From positions 16,685-80,684 of IMG/VR virus record IMGVR_UViG_3300022910_000005: a DNA stretch of 64,000 bases. One strand, 5' to 3'. Below, in pieces: positions 29,022 to 38,564 of this stretch. How positions within the stretch are numbered: the stretch's first letter is position 1; each line of letters begins with the position of its first letter. The stretch comes from a virus. The notes under the pieces are model-generated. The model was not told where the DNA came from. It did no database searches and was given only the letters and a program-made list of their open reading frames with translations. Both the position numbers and the translations under genes were made by a program.

Positions 29022-29165
29022 TAGCCCATCCCTCCAGGTCAGAGCAACGGTGCCGATTCTCTTGTTGATCTTGATACGAACCCTGAGACGTATCACGGTG
29101 CGCGACCGGCGGGGCGGGCGTGCCACTGGCCGGGCTCTGCGTGTGACAGGCGTCGGTGAAGCGCT

Positions 29166-29672
29166 TCACAAGGTGTCCAGCCGAAGGATGACCGGCGGCG
29201 TGGGGTGCGCTCGCCGTCCCATCCGGATCGTCTGCCAGGTGCCGGAGCGTCGCTGCCGGGGGTCGTCCTCCGCGCCGATCGGGAAGCCGACCAACTGGTT
29301 GCTGTTGTCGACGATCGACTGGTTGCGGTCCTTGTAGGTGCTGCCGGGCGGCATGTGGATCACCTGGACGGCGTGGCCGAACGGCAGCCACCATCGGTCG
29401 GTGAACGATTCGTTGGCGGGCACGATCACCAGGTGGTGGCGGCCGGGGAACTTCTCGGCGCAGTATTCGCCGACGATGGTGTCCAGTCCTCGGCAGGCTC
29501 CGGTCACGAAGCCGTGCGCGTACTCGCCGAGCCGGTCCAGGTGGCCGTACAGCCGGTCGACGGTACGTGCGTCGGGCGTGAAGCGGCTGCCGGTGAAGCC
29601 GAGGATCAGTTGTGGTCGGTCGGGTGCCGGACCGCTAGATGTAGTGTTCACTTCTTGACCGTACGCGGACAT
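29166..29672 (-). CDS. SLOG/DprA-like Rossmann-fold protein
   Basis: GFTGSR, TGACRGLD, RNQSIVD, SGTWQTI. Confidence 0.75.
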   Translation of the reverse strand: MSAYGQEVNTTSSGPAPDRPQLILGFTGSRFTPDARTVDRLYGHLDRLGEYAHGFVTGACRGLDTIVGEYCAEKFPGRHHLVIVPANESFTDRWWLPFGHAVQVIHMPPGSTYKDRNQSIVDNSNQLVGFPIGAEDDPRQRRSGTWQTIRMGRRAHPTPPVILRLDTL

Positions 29673-29696
29673 GCAGGTGTCCTTCCGGAGATAACG

Positions 29697-29727
29697 AGGC
29701 CCCCGCCACTGATGATGGCGGGGGCCT
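29697..29727 (-). terminator. Hairpin
   Basis: AGGCCCCCGCCA/TGGCGGGGGCCT. Confidence 0.6.
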
Positions 29728-29740
29728 GACCTTACGCCGC

Positions 29741-29995
29741 TCAGACGACTGGCGCGTTCCGCTCCGGCTTGATGACGGCCAGAGCCCTCGCCACGGTCTC
29801 GTCGAACGTCTGCCCCTCGGGCAGCGCGGTCTCGTCGGCCGGGTCGAGCCCGAACAGCATGTTGATCCCGGCCCGCACGACCTCGGCCTTGCCCTCGATC
29901 GCCGGGTCGGCCGCGTCGGTCGCCTTGATCAGTTCGTGCTGAAGACCGGTCATCACCGAACCGAACTGGTCGGTGTACTTGCGCGCCTTACCCAC
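29741..29995 (-). CDS. Putative ribbon-helix-helix regulator
   Basis: Basic N-terminal strand KYTDQFGSVM, helix, KAEVVRAGINM; AGGAGG RBS. Confidence 0.5.
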   Translation of the reverse strand: MGKARKYTDQFGSVMTGLQHELIKATDAADPAIEGKAEVVRAGINMLFGLDPADETALPEGQTFDETVARALAVIKPERNAPVV

Positions 29996-30051
29996 TCGGG
30001 CCTCCTGCTCATCGTGCTCTGAGCAGGGCCGGATGCCCTGCTGACAACGAG

Positions 30052-30093
30052 ATCTTATGGGACTTGTCATTCGATTGTCAACTGTGCAAGACT
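30052..30093. promoter_or_regulatory. Overlapping divergent promoters sharing two heptamers
   Basis: Minus: TTGACA-N18-TAAGAT. Plus: TTGTCA-N18-AAGACT-N6-ATG. Confidence 0.7.
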
Positions 30094-30099
30094 CCGTGC

Positions 30100-30405
30100 A
30101 TGACAACGCGACCTGAGCCTGCGCGGCTCGACACCGTCCGGGGCACCACTCGGCAGATCATCGGCCTGACCCGCAACCTCGGCAAGAAGGCCGTCGAGGA
30201 CATCGACCTCCAGCAGAAGGAGGCTGTCGTCGTCCTGGAGTCGGTCCGAGTGCTGATCGCTTCCTACGAGTCGCTGCTGGCCGTCTGTTCCGACAACGGC
30301 ATGGTTGGCCAGGTGCTCGCACCTGAGCAGGAGGACTACCGTGCGGCCAAGCACTACCTGCGCATCCTGGATGGGCTGTACGGCCCGAAGGCGGCGAACT
30401 CATGA
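30100..30405 (+). CDS. Hypothetical protein (leaderless)
   Basis: ATG 6 nt after the -10 element. Confidence 0.6.
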   Translation: MTTRPEPARLDTVRGTTRQIIGLTRNLGKKAVEDIDLQQKEAVVVLESVRVLIASYESLLAVCSDNGMVGQVLAPEQEDYRAAKHYLRILDGLYGPKAANS

Positions 30406-30593
30406 AGATGACCACCAACGGCAACTACGCGCACAAGCGCGGCCGGTGGACCGAGGTCGACCGGGTGAAGAACAAGAAGGACGGCATCGACTACCTGAAG
30501 TTCCAGTTGGGGTACATCGAGGGCCTTTCCGACGACCGGTACCTGGAGATCCTCAAGGAGACCGGCGTCACCGTCACATTCGAGGAGGACTGA
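30402..30593 (+). CDS. Hypothetical protein
   Basis: Coupled. Confidence 0.55.
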   Translation: MKMTTNGNYAHKRGRWTEVDRVKNKKDGIDYLKFQLGYIEGLSDDRYLEILKETGVTVTFEED

Positions 30594-30739
30594 TGGACCC
30601 GAACGCCTGCCTGAAGTACCTGCGCCAGGCCGTCGCTGACGGCGAGGCGGACCGTGCGCTCGAACTGCGCGAGGCCCTGCACCTGTGGGTCGCTCGTGGT
30701 GGTTTCGAGCCGGACGACCCGAACTGGCGCTCGGCATGA
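30593..30739 (+). CDS. Small hypothetical protein
   Basis: MDPNACL...W..RGGF.P; RBS. Confidence 0.6.
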   Translation: MDPNACLKYLRQAVADGEADRALELREALHLWVARGGFEPDDPNWRSA

Positions 30740-30939
30740 GCGACACCTACAACCTCGGCTACCTGCCGACCGGCCGCAAGGCACACCTGTTCTACGGTTC
30801 GCTGGCCGGGTCCGCCGTCTGTGGGATCTTCAGCCCGAACGTCTGGATGGGCACCGGCAGCCAGGCCGAGTACGAACGGGCGAAAGCCCTGCCCCCATGC
30901 CGCCGCTGCGCGAACCTCGTTGCAGCGGGCCACATTTAA
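30736..30939 (+). CDS. Small zinc-binding protein
   Basis: KAH...VCG...CRRC. Confidence 0.55.
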   Translation: MSDTYNLGYLPTGRKAHLFYGSLAGSAVCGIFSPNVWMGTGSQAEYERAKALPPCRRCANLVAAGHI

Positions 30940-30948
30940 GGAGAAGTG

Positions 30949-31323
30949 ATGGCAAGCAAGGACGTTCTGATGGTGCCCTGGTCGACGGGGCTGACCTACT
31001 CCGGCCAGAGGAACCTGCGCGTCGCCGCCGGGAGCCTCCTGGAGTACGCCCGGTACAACCCGGACTCCGGGTTCTCGGACGAGTCCGTCGCCTGGCGGCC
31101 GAACGAGGTCTTCTCCGGCTCGCTCCGGCTGGAGGACATGGAGCGCGGCCGGTCGGCCGCCCGGTTCATCTGGCGCTCGGACGACGGCCGGACGTATCCG
31201 ATGTTCATGTCCGGCCTGCTGGACCTGGTCAAGACGCACGGCATTCAGCCGGGCGGCCTCGTCCACACCCGCTGGACCGTCGCGAAGCGTGGCAGCAACT
31301 TCGGACTGGTGGTGGCGAAATGA
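30949..31323 (+). CDS. Hypothetical protein
   Basis: AAGGAG RBS. Confidence 0.65.
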   Translation: MASKDVLMVPWSTGLTYSGQRNLRVAAGSLLEYARYNPDSGFSDESVAWRPNEVFSGSLRLEDMERGRSAARFIWRSDDGRTYPMFMSGLLDLVKTHGIQPGGLVHTRWTVAKRGSNFGLVVAK

Positions 31324-31787
31324 GCAACTGGAGGGACGTCCATCGGGGCTTCATCGTGAAGGACAAGACCGGCCAGGAGTGGCTGGTGCTGGAGCGCAAG
31401 CCCGGCCAGGTCTTCACGATCAGCGCGCCAGGTCGCAGCGAGTACACCGGCCCGTTCCAGGGTGAGGTGGAGATCGTGAGACGGCCCGCGCCGCAGTCCG
31501 ATCCGCGTGTCCAGGACGTCATTGCGCGCGGTCTGATCGCCACCAAGTTCGGTGGCGTTGAGATCGGTAAGCAGGGGAAGGACAAGACGCAGCCGTGGAT
31601 GACTCCGGTCGACTTCACGGACCCGGGCGCGATGCTGGCCCACCTGCGGATCTTCCACAACGGCATGAGCGACGACCCGACCCTGGCCGGGCTCGTCAAG
31701 TATCACGCCACGCTGCATCACCCGAAGCAGAAGGCGGCGGATCTGTATGAGCCGCACGTCCACACTCCCGACTTCGACGAGTTGTGA
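31320..31787 (+). CDS. Hypothetical protein
   Basis: ATGA overlap. Confidence 0.6.
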   Translation: MSNWRDVHRGFIVKDKTGQEWLVLERKPGQVFTISAPGRSEYTGPFQGEVEIVRRPAPQSDPRVQDVIARGLIATKFGGVEIGKQGKDKTQPWMTPVDFTDPGAMLAHLRIFHNGMSDDPTLAGLVKYHATLHHPKQKAADLYEPHVHTPDFDEL

Positions 31788-32047
31788 GCAACGGAAAGCG
31801 TTGTGGGCGAACGGGTAAGGTCAGATTCCGGGATGACGATGAGGCGAAGGCTGCACTGAGCCGCATCAGGTCCGACCGGGGAGAGCGGCGGGCGAAGGTG
31901 CCGGTGCGCTGGTACGACGACTGCGAGTACTGCGGTGGCGTGCATCTGACCAGCCAGGAGTACCACAACGCGAACGGGACGATCTGGGAAGAGGAGGACG
32001 GCCTGCACGGGTTCCATCCGCTGCCGGACGCCGACCGGGACTACTAA
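31784..32047 (+). CDS. Zinc-binding hypothetical protein
   Basis: C..TGKVRF...CEYCGGVHLTS. Confidence 0.65.
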   Translation: MSNGKRCGRTGKVRFRDDDEAKAALSRIRSDRGERRAKVPVRWYDDCEYCGGVHLTSQEYHNANGTIWEEEDGLHGFHPLPDADRDY

Positions 32048-32059
32048 CTGAACGCAGCC

Positions 32060-32127
32060 GCCCGCCACCTCGTAGTAAGAGGTGGCGGGCTTCTGCGTTG
32101 ACAAGCGGTTGTCAAGTCTGTTACCTT
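32060..32127 (+). promoter_or_regulatory. Terminator followed by the operator-containing promoter of the conjugation operon
   Basis: GCCCGCCACCTC stem; TTGACAAgcggTTGTCAA; TTGACA-N18-TACCTT. Confidence 0.75.
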
Positions 32128-32159
32128 GATAGCAAGTTAGCAACCACGGGAGGAACCCC

Positions 32160-32453
32160 ATGAACCACCTGCACACGCTGGCCGTGCTCGCGGCTGCCCC
32201 CAACATCAGCGTCGACAAGATCAAGCAGTCGGCGCTGATGATTCTCACCGCCCTGATCTGCATCGGCCTCGCCTACATGACCCTCAAGGTCATCTGGAAG
32301 GACACCGACGACGGCGACTACAGCAGCGTCGCGAAGAAGGTGCTCACCTCGATCATCGGGATGATCCCCTTCGTCATGGCCGGATCGCTGGCCATCGCCG
32401 CCGGGTGGGCGACCGCGCTGCTGAGCCTGCTGACCGGGCTGGTCTCGAAGTGA
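32160..32453 (+). CDS. VirB2/pilin-like small membrane protein
   Basis: 97 aa, two TM segments, first gene of the T4SS-like operon. Confidence 0.6.
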   Translation: MNHLHTLAVLAAAPNISVDKIKQSALMILTALICIGLAYMTLKVIWKDTDDGDYSSVAKKVLTSIIGMIPFVMAGSLAIAAGWATALLSLLTGLVSK

Positions 32454-33262
32454 GCCCCGTGCAGCGGAACGACGACGACGGACGCCAGATCCGGCAGCCG
32501 TGGCTGGGCGCGAAAGGCGCACGCTGGCCGATGGACTGGACCTACGACGAGTGGGCGCTCGGCCTGTTCGGGTTCATCGTCGGCGGGACGCTGATCACCT
32601 GGGTGGTCCCGGCTGCCGTCATGGCGTTCATCGTGATCCGTTCCGCTGCACGGTTCATCTCGATCCGCAACAACCCGCACGCGCCCCGCAAGACGTACCT
32701 GCTCGTCGTGGCGATGATGACGACGCTCTGCCTGATCCTGTCCGTCAACCCGATGTTCTGGCTCAAGCCGATCTTCCTGCCGTTCGCGCTGGTCGCGTCG
32801 CTGTTCATGCCCTCGCGCACCGTGAAGGCGTACGGCAAGTACGTCGGCTGGAACCGGCCGCTGTCCTACTGGATCGCCATGCCGTTCCGGATCGCCCGGG
32901 GGCCGCGCCTGGTGCCCACCGACACGATCAACCCGGCGATGCTCGGCATGGGCCTCGACCTGGAGAGCCTCGACCGCGATGACACGGCCGACCTGGTGCC
33001 CGGCCGGATCGTCACGATCCCCCGGCTGAAGGCCCCGGCCAGGAAACCTGCGCCGCAGGCGCTTGCCCCCAAGCCCGTCAAGGCGACCATCACCAGCGCA
33101 CCGAAGAAGACCGCCCGCGTCGCCCGCACCCCGCTGACCGAGCGCCGCCTCGTCGCACCGGGCGCTCCGGTCCGCCACCGCACCCGCAAGCAGAACCTGA
33201 TCTACCGCACGCCGACCGGCCTGATGGTCTTCGGCACCGAGTACCGGATGGAGAGCCGCTGA
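32450..33262 (+). CDS. Conjugal transfer membrane protein (VirB3/TcpE position)
   Basis: Multi-TM, directly upstream of the VirB4-like ATPase. Confidence 0.55.
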   Translation: MSPVQRNDDDGRQIRQPWLGAKGARWPMDWTYDEWALGLFGFIVGGTLITWVVPAAVMAFIVIRSAARFISIRNNPHAPRKTYLLVVAMMTTLCLILSVNPMFWLKPIFLPFALVASLFMPSRTVKAYGKYVGWNRPLSYWIAMPFRIARGPRLVPTDTINPAMLGMGLDLESLDRDDTADLVPGRIVTIPRLKAPARKPAPQALAPKPVKATITSAPKKTARVARTPLTERRLVAPGAPVRHRTRKQNLIYRTPTGLMVFGTEYRMESR

Positions 33263-35949
33263 TGGGCCTGTTCGCCGCCCCCAAGAAGACGACCTGGACG
33301 ACACCGGTCCGCAAGACGATCGCTCTCGCGCCGACGGCCAAGCAGGTGGTGCGCAACCTGATCCTGCTGAAGGACGGCAGCGTGCTGGCCGGTTACCGGA
33401 TCGGCGACGCACGCTGGGACTTCACCGGCAAGGACGCGAAGATCATGCGGATGGACCAGGACGCGGACGTGTTCGCCGCGCTGGTCGGCCGGTCCTACCA
33501 CGAGCGGGTCACCACCCGCCCGCACCCGGTCGCGACCTGGGCCGGGAACCTCGACAAGCGGACGCCACGCCCGACGCCCGACATCCACACCTGCGACCTG
33601 AGCGCGGGCCTTTCCCAGGGCGACCTGCTGAACGGCCGGTGCGGCTGCGAGACGTGGGGCCGTCACCTGATCCGCCAGCAGGACGTCATCGCCCGTTCCG
33701 GCATGAACGACAAGATCGTCTTCCGCTACTTCGGCCTGACCGTGAAGGTGTCGCCGCGCACCGACCTTCGCAAGCAGATCAACGAGTTCGTGAAGACCGG
33801 CAAGGCGTCCGGCGTCGTGGCTCGGCTGATCGCCGACGAGAAGCGCGTCAGCGACATCGTGACCGGCTGGCCGGGCTCCAAGCGGATGAGCGAGTACGAG
33901 CAGGGCTGGCTGCGGGTCCGCTCGCTGTCGCCCGGCGTCATCCCCACCGGCATCCACAGCAAGGACCGGGGCGGCTGGGACGAACTGGCCCTGCCTGCCC
34001 TCGCGTCCGACACCCGGTGGGCCGAGACGCCTTTCGGCCGGACCGTGACCGTCACCTCGTTCGCCGACGGCAAGCAGGTCGAGTCGGCCGTGCGCGTGCT
34101 GACGATGGCGCGGATGGCCGACCTGAACTACCCGGAGAACGGGATGCCGCCGTGGCAGGTGCACGGCGAGTCCGTCCTGGACGCTTCCGGCCGCCCGTTC
34201 CCGGTGGAGTGGTCGGTCGTCGGCCGTCTGCGCTCCGGCGAGGAACTGGCCAAGGAGGTGGAATTCGAACTGCGGCGCGTCCAGCACGTCAAGGGCGACT
34301 ACGAGGATCACAGCGAACTGCCGCCGTCGAACGTCGGCAAGGCCATCGCCGTCGCCGTCGACACCCGCGACCAGGTCACCACCGGCCAGGCTGCTGTCGC
34401 CGCCAGGTTCCAGGGACAGATCAACGTGATCATCTCCGGCCAGGCGACCGAGAACCTCACCGCCGAGCAGGTGGTCGAGGAGCGGTGCGCCGCGTTCACC
34501 CGGATGTACGCCAACGCTGGCCTGCGGATGGACTTCACCGGCTCCGACAGCCAGTCGTTCATGCTGGCCAGCACGGTGCCCGGTGAGCCGTACGACCGGC
34601 TCGGCTTCCAGCGTCGCCTGCGGCTGCCGTTCCTGACGGCCGGGATGCCGAACGTCTCCTCGTCCGTCGGTGACGGCGTCGGCCCGTACCTGGGCCACAC
34701 CCGGGGAGCGACCCGGCGCGCGGTGCAGCACGACCCGCACTTCGCCACGGAAGGTCTGCGGACCGGCCGGGGCCAGAACATGCACGTCGTGCTCGGCACG
34801 CTCGGTGCCGGGAAGTCCGTCGTGACCGGCTCCATCGGCTACAACGCCGTCCGCCGGGGCATCCGCACGGTCATCTCCGACCCGTCCGGCCCGCTCGCGG
34901 CGCTGACGAAAATGCCGGAGATCGCGGACGTTTCGCAGGAGATCAACCTGCTGAACGGCGCGCGGGGCATCCTGTCCCCGGCCGCACTGATCCGCGACCC
35001 GCTGCTGACCGAGTACGACGAGCCCGGCCAGTTCGCGGAGGCCCTGGGCCAGGCGGCGGCCGAGCGGCGGGACCTGATGGTCGACATGGCCAAGCGCTGC
35101 CTGCCGGACTACCTGATGAAGGACCAGGCCGAAGCCCGCACGGAGGCGGCCCTGCGCCTGGCCGCTCGCCAGCACGCCGAGACGCGGGACGGCTGGAAGC
35201 AGACCGACACCATGTGGGACCTGATGCGTCCGCTGAAGGACAGCACCGACGACTGGGCGAAGGCCGTCCACGGTGCGCTGACGGACGCCTCCACCGCTCC
35301 GCTGCTGCGCCTCATGTTCCCGGAGCCGGGCGCTCCCGGCAGCATCGGGCACTACGACAAGACGCTCACGGTGATCACTACCCCTGGCATCGTGCGGGCC
35401 GTGGACGGCACGCCGCGCAAGGACTGGAACCCGCTGGAGGTCGGGGCCGACGTGGTGCTGCGCCTGGTCGGACTGTTCACCGACCGGCTGATCTACTCGA
35501 AGACCCGCAGCGAACGCTGCATCGCGATCTTCGACGAGGCCGAGTCGCTGACGGACTTCGGGCCGGGCCGGTCCATGCTGTCCCGGCTGGGCCGCGACCA
35601 CTCCAAGTGGAACATCGCCGTCTACCTGGCCGTGAAAAGCATCAACCCGCAGATGCTTTCGGGGGAGTTGAAGAACTTCCTCGCCAGCGTGTTCGTCGGC
35701 CGGATGGCATCGCGCGAACCGGCCGAGGCCGCGCTGGAACTGCTGGGGCTGACCGACAAGCGGTACGCGCAGGTGCTCATGGGCCTGTCCACGTACGTGC
35801 CCGGCGAGTTCGTCCACGCCGACGTGGCCGGGAACGTGGGGATGCTGAAGGTCGACGTGGACTACCACCCGGCCCTGAAGGACGCACTGCTGACCGACCC
35901 GACTCCGGAAGGCTCCGGCCACTGGACCCTTGAAGAGGAGATCGCCTGA
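33262..35949 (+). CDS. VirB4/ConE-like conjugation ATPase
   Basis: 895 aa, Walker A GTLGAGKS, DPSG, Walker B IAIFDEAE, RDHSKWN. Confidence 0.85.
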   Translation: MGLFAAPKKTTWTTPVRKTIALAPTAKQVVRNLILLKDGSVLAGYRIGDARWDFTGKDAKIMRMDQDADVFAALVGRSYHERVTTRPHPVATWAGNLDKRTPRPTPDIHTCDLSAGLSQGDLLNGRCGCETWGRHLIRQQDVIARSGMNDKIVFRYFGLTVKVSPRTDLRKQINEFVKTGKASGVVARLIADEKRVSDIVTGWPGSKRMSEYEQGWLRVRSLSPGVIPTGIHSKDRGGWDELALPALASDTRWAETPFGRTVTVTSFADGKQVESAVRVLTMARMADLNYPENGMPPWQVHGESVLDASGRPFPVEWSVVGRLRSGEELAKEVEFELRRVQHVKGDYEDHSELPPSNVGKAIAVAVDTRDQVTTGQAAVAARFQGQINVIISGQATENLTAEQVVEERCAAFTRMYANAGLRMDFTGSDSQSFMLASTVPGEPYDRLGFQRRLRLPFLTAGMPNVSSSVGDGVGPYLGHTRGATRRAVQHDPHFATEGLRTGRGQNMHVVLGTLGAGKSVVTGSIGYNAVRRGIRTVISDPSGPLAALTKMPEIADVSQEINLLNGARGILSPAALIRDPLLTEYDEPGQFAEALGQAAAERRDLMVDMAKRCLPDYLMKDQAEARTEAALRLAARQHAETRDGWKQTDTMWDLMRPLKDSTDDWAKAVHGALTDASTAPLLRLMFPEPGAPGSIGHYDKTLTVITTPGIVRAVDGTPRKDWNPLEVGADVVLRLVGLFTDRLIYSKTRSERCIAIFDEAESLTDFGPGRSMLSRLGRDHSKWNIAVYLAVKSINPQMLSGELKNFLASVFVGRMASREPAEAALELLGLTDKRYAQVLMGLSTYVPGEFVHADVAGNVGMLKVDVDYHPALKDALLTDPTPEGSGHWTLEEEIA

Positions 35950-37745
35950 TGTTGAAGGGTTTTCACCGCTACGTGCGGCTGGCCCAGTTATCGGTGGTGC
36001 TGATGCTGGTGGCGTTCGCACTGATCATCCACGCCGCCTCGGCCCACGCTTCCGCCCCGGCCGGGATCGACGTGCCGGGCGTGGAGGTATGCCCGAAGGA
36101 GGCACCGTTCGCGCAGACGCCGGAGTCCGGGCTGGCCGGGCTTCTCGGTGAGCGTCCGCTGAAGATCACCACCGACAACTCCCCCGATCACATCTGGACG
36201 ACGGGCGGCTTCGCTGGCCTCCAGTCGAACACCTACGACCTCGGCTGTGGCATGAACCCCGGCAACTGGGTGAAAATCACCAGCGCGCACACCGGTTCGT
36301 CGATGAGCAACTTCTTCCTGTCGGCCGGGGACTCGATGGTGTCGCTGACGGACTCGATCGACCGGCGGGCGTGGCAGCCGCAGTGGCTGCTGTCGTTCCT
36401 GGACGACTTCATGTTCCGGGTGACGGGGATGACGAACACGCTCATCCTGCTGCCGTTCCTGGGCCTGGCGCTGGCGCTGGTCGGAGTGATCCTCGTCTGG
36501 AAGTCCAACGATGGTGACTATGCCGCTGCCGCAACGAGTGTCGGCTGGATCTTCATCGTCCTTGCCATCACGTCGCTGCTGGTGACGACGCCGCTGATCG
36601 TCGCGAAGTTCGGCACGAGCGTCGGCTCCACGTCGGTCGCGGTGCTGAACGGCGGCGCGAACGCCTCCGACGCCGTCACCAACCAGGTGGTCAAGAACGT
36701 CGAGTACCAGGGCTGGCTGCGTCGCAACTTCGGCCCGTCGGACACGGAGGTCGGCAAGAAGTACGGGCCGGAACTGCTGGCGGCCAGCCGGGTTTCGTGG
36801 GCGGAACTGGACAAGGTCAACGCCCTGCCCGCCGACAAGCAGTCGCAGGCGCGTTCCGATCTGACGGACGCGAAGGCGAAGAAGTTCAAGGACATCGCCG
36901 CGAAGGTGAAGGACGAAGACCCGACGGCCTACAAGTACCTGACCGGTGAGATCATCGGCACCCAGGAGAGCATCGTCGAGGTGATCTTCCTGTTCATGGC
37001 GTGCGCGCTGCGGATGATGGTGGCGATCCTGATGATCGCCTGCGTGATCAGCCTGGCCCTGATCAGCATCCTGTGGGTGCTGCTGACGCCGGTCCTCATC
37101 CAGCCGCCGTTCAAGATGCTGGACGGGCGCACACTCGGCACCGGCCTGCTGAACGGTTCGATGCGCGCCCTGCTGTACGTCGGCGAAGCGGCGCTCGGCG
37201 CATGGCTTTACGGCTTCTTCCTCCAGGCGTGCATGGCCCCGGGCCTGAACCTCTGGTGGTCGCTGCTGCTGCTGACGATCGGCACGCTGATCGCCTGGTT
37301 CATGATCGGCCCGTTCGGCAAGTTGATGGCGATCCTGTCGCTGGGCCGGGCCGACACCGGAGCCTCCTACGTCGGCAAGGCCGTGAAGGGCGCGCTGATG
37401 GCCTGGGGCGGCGGCCTGATCGCCGGGCTGGCGGCGGCGAAGTCGGTCAACGATCACGAGGACGAGGAGCGGGCGGCGGCCCCAGAGCGGCTGTCTGAGA
37501 CGATCCAGCAGCCGCAGGTCGTGCACGCCACCGTCTACAACCCGTGGGAGCACCAGATGGACGACACGGTGCGCACCGAGCACTTCCCCGACGCAGACCG
37601 GACGCTGCCGACCGGCGGCACCCCGGAACTGCCGATGTACCGGCGCGGTGCCGAACCGGCCCCGCCGCCGGACGAGACCGCCAGCCCGTACGCCACGTAC
37701 GAGCGGGAAAGTTCTTCTGATGACAACGAGGGAGCGCACCTGTGA
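35949..37745 (+). CDS. VirB6-like polytopic channel protein
   Basis: Signal-like N-terminus, many TM helices, acidic tail; follows VirB4. Confidence 0.7.
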   Translation: MLKGFHRYVRLAQLSVVLMLVAFALIIHAASAHASAPAGIDVPGVEVCPKEAPFAQTPESGLAGLLGERPLKITTDNSPDHIWTTGGFAGLQSNTYDLGCGMNPGNWVKITSAHTGSSMSNFFLSAGDSMVSLTDSIDRRAWQPQWLLSFLDDFMFRVTGMTNTLILLPFLGLALALVGVILVWKSNDGDYAAAATSVGWIFIVLAITSLLVTTPLIVAKFGTSVGSTSVAVLNGGANASDAVTNQVVKNVEYQGWLRRNFGPSDTEVGKKYGPELLAASRVSWAELDKVNALPADKQSQARSDLTDAKAKKFKDIAAKVKDEDPTAYKYLTGEIIGTQESIVEVIFLFMACALRMMVAILMIACVISLALISILWVLLTPVLIQPPFKMLDGRTLGTGLLNGSMRALLYVGEAALGAWLYGFFLQACMAPGLNLWWSLLLLTIGTLIAWFMIGPFGKLMAILSLGRADTGASYVGKAVKGALMAWGGGLIAGLAAAKSVNDHEDEERAAAPERLSETIQQPQVVHATVYNPWEHQMDDTVRTEHFPDADRTLPTGGTPELPMYRRGAEPAPPPDETASPYATYERESSSDDNEGAHL

Positions 37746-38239
37746 TCACCTGGATGTTCCAGAGCCCCGACCGGCTGAAGCGGGTGGCGATCACCTTCGC
37801 GCTGACCTGCGTGACGCTGACGATCCTGCTGACGATCGTCCGGGTCCACGACCTGGCTTCCCACCGGCCGACCGCCGAGCCGACCTACGGGGCCACCACG
37901 GAATCGACCGCTACCGGCCTGCTGCCGCCGTCTCCCAGCCCCGAACCGGCTCCGGCGACCACGGAGTACGGACCGGCCACGCCGATCGCCCTGGAGGCCG
38001 CTCAGGCGTTCCTCCAGGGGGACCGGAGCCGGTTCGCTGAACTGGCCCAGCCGGACGTCGTCGAGTCCGCCAACGAAGCGCCCACGCCCGGCGGGCAGAT
38101 CACCGCGCCCGGCCGCGTCCTGCTCGGCGGGCCGACCCAGCAGAAGATCCTGGTGCCGACCAGCGAAGGCGACCTGACCCTCACCATGATCGTCATCGAC
38201 GGGGCCTGGAAGGTCGCCGGGATGGAGTACGCGAAGTGA
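37742..38239 (+). CDS. Bitopic VirB8-like protein
   Basis: One TM, P/T linker, NTF2-like end (GAWKV). Confidence 0.55.
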   Translation: MITWMFQSPDRLKRVAITFALTCVTLTILLTIVRVHDLASHRPTAEPTYGATTESTATGLLPPSPSPEPAPATTEYGPATPIALEAAQAFLQGDRSRFAELAQPDVVESANEAPTPGGQITAPGRVLLGGPTQQKILVPTSEGDLTLTMIVIDGAWKVAGMEYAK

Positions 38240-38367
38240 GCCGGTCGCAGCGGAGGATAGAACTGGACCTGAAGTACGGAATTGTCACCATGATGATCGT
38301 CGAGGCGGCCTGCTTCGCCGTTCCGTTCTGGCTGCTGGTTGCGCTCGTCCGGTGGTGGGCGGCGTGA
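38236..38367 (+). CDS. Small membrane protein (43 aa)
   Basis: GTGA overlaps; not in the ORF track. Confidence 0.45.
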   Translation: MSRSQRRIELDLKYGIVTMMIVEAACFAVPFWLLVALVRWWAA

Positions 38368-38564
38368 GCAACTGGGTGCCGCCGCACATTCCGATCCGGG
38401 ACCATCCCGGGCCGCCCCGCTGCTGGATGTGCAACCGGCGGCTGCGCTGGTGGCAGATGACCACCTGCCGGACCTGCTCGCCGCACTTCCACGACTTCAT
38501 GTGGCTGCACAACCACATGGGCCGCAACACGTTCGCCCCACCCGACCGATGGAGGAACCGATGA
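38364..38564 (+). CDS. Small zinc-finger protein
   Basis: CWMC...CRTC. Confidence 0.5.
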   Translation: MSNWVPPHIPIRDHPGPPRCWMCNRRLRWWQMTTCRTCSPHFHDFMWLHNHMGRNTFAPPDRWRNR

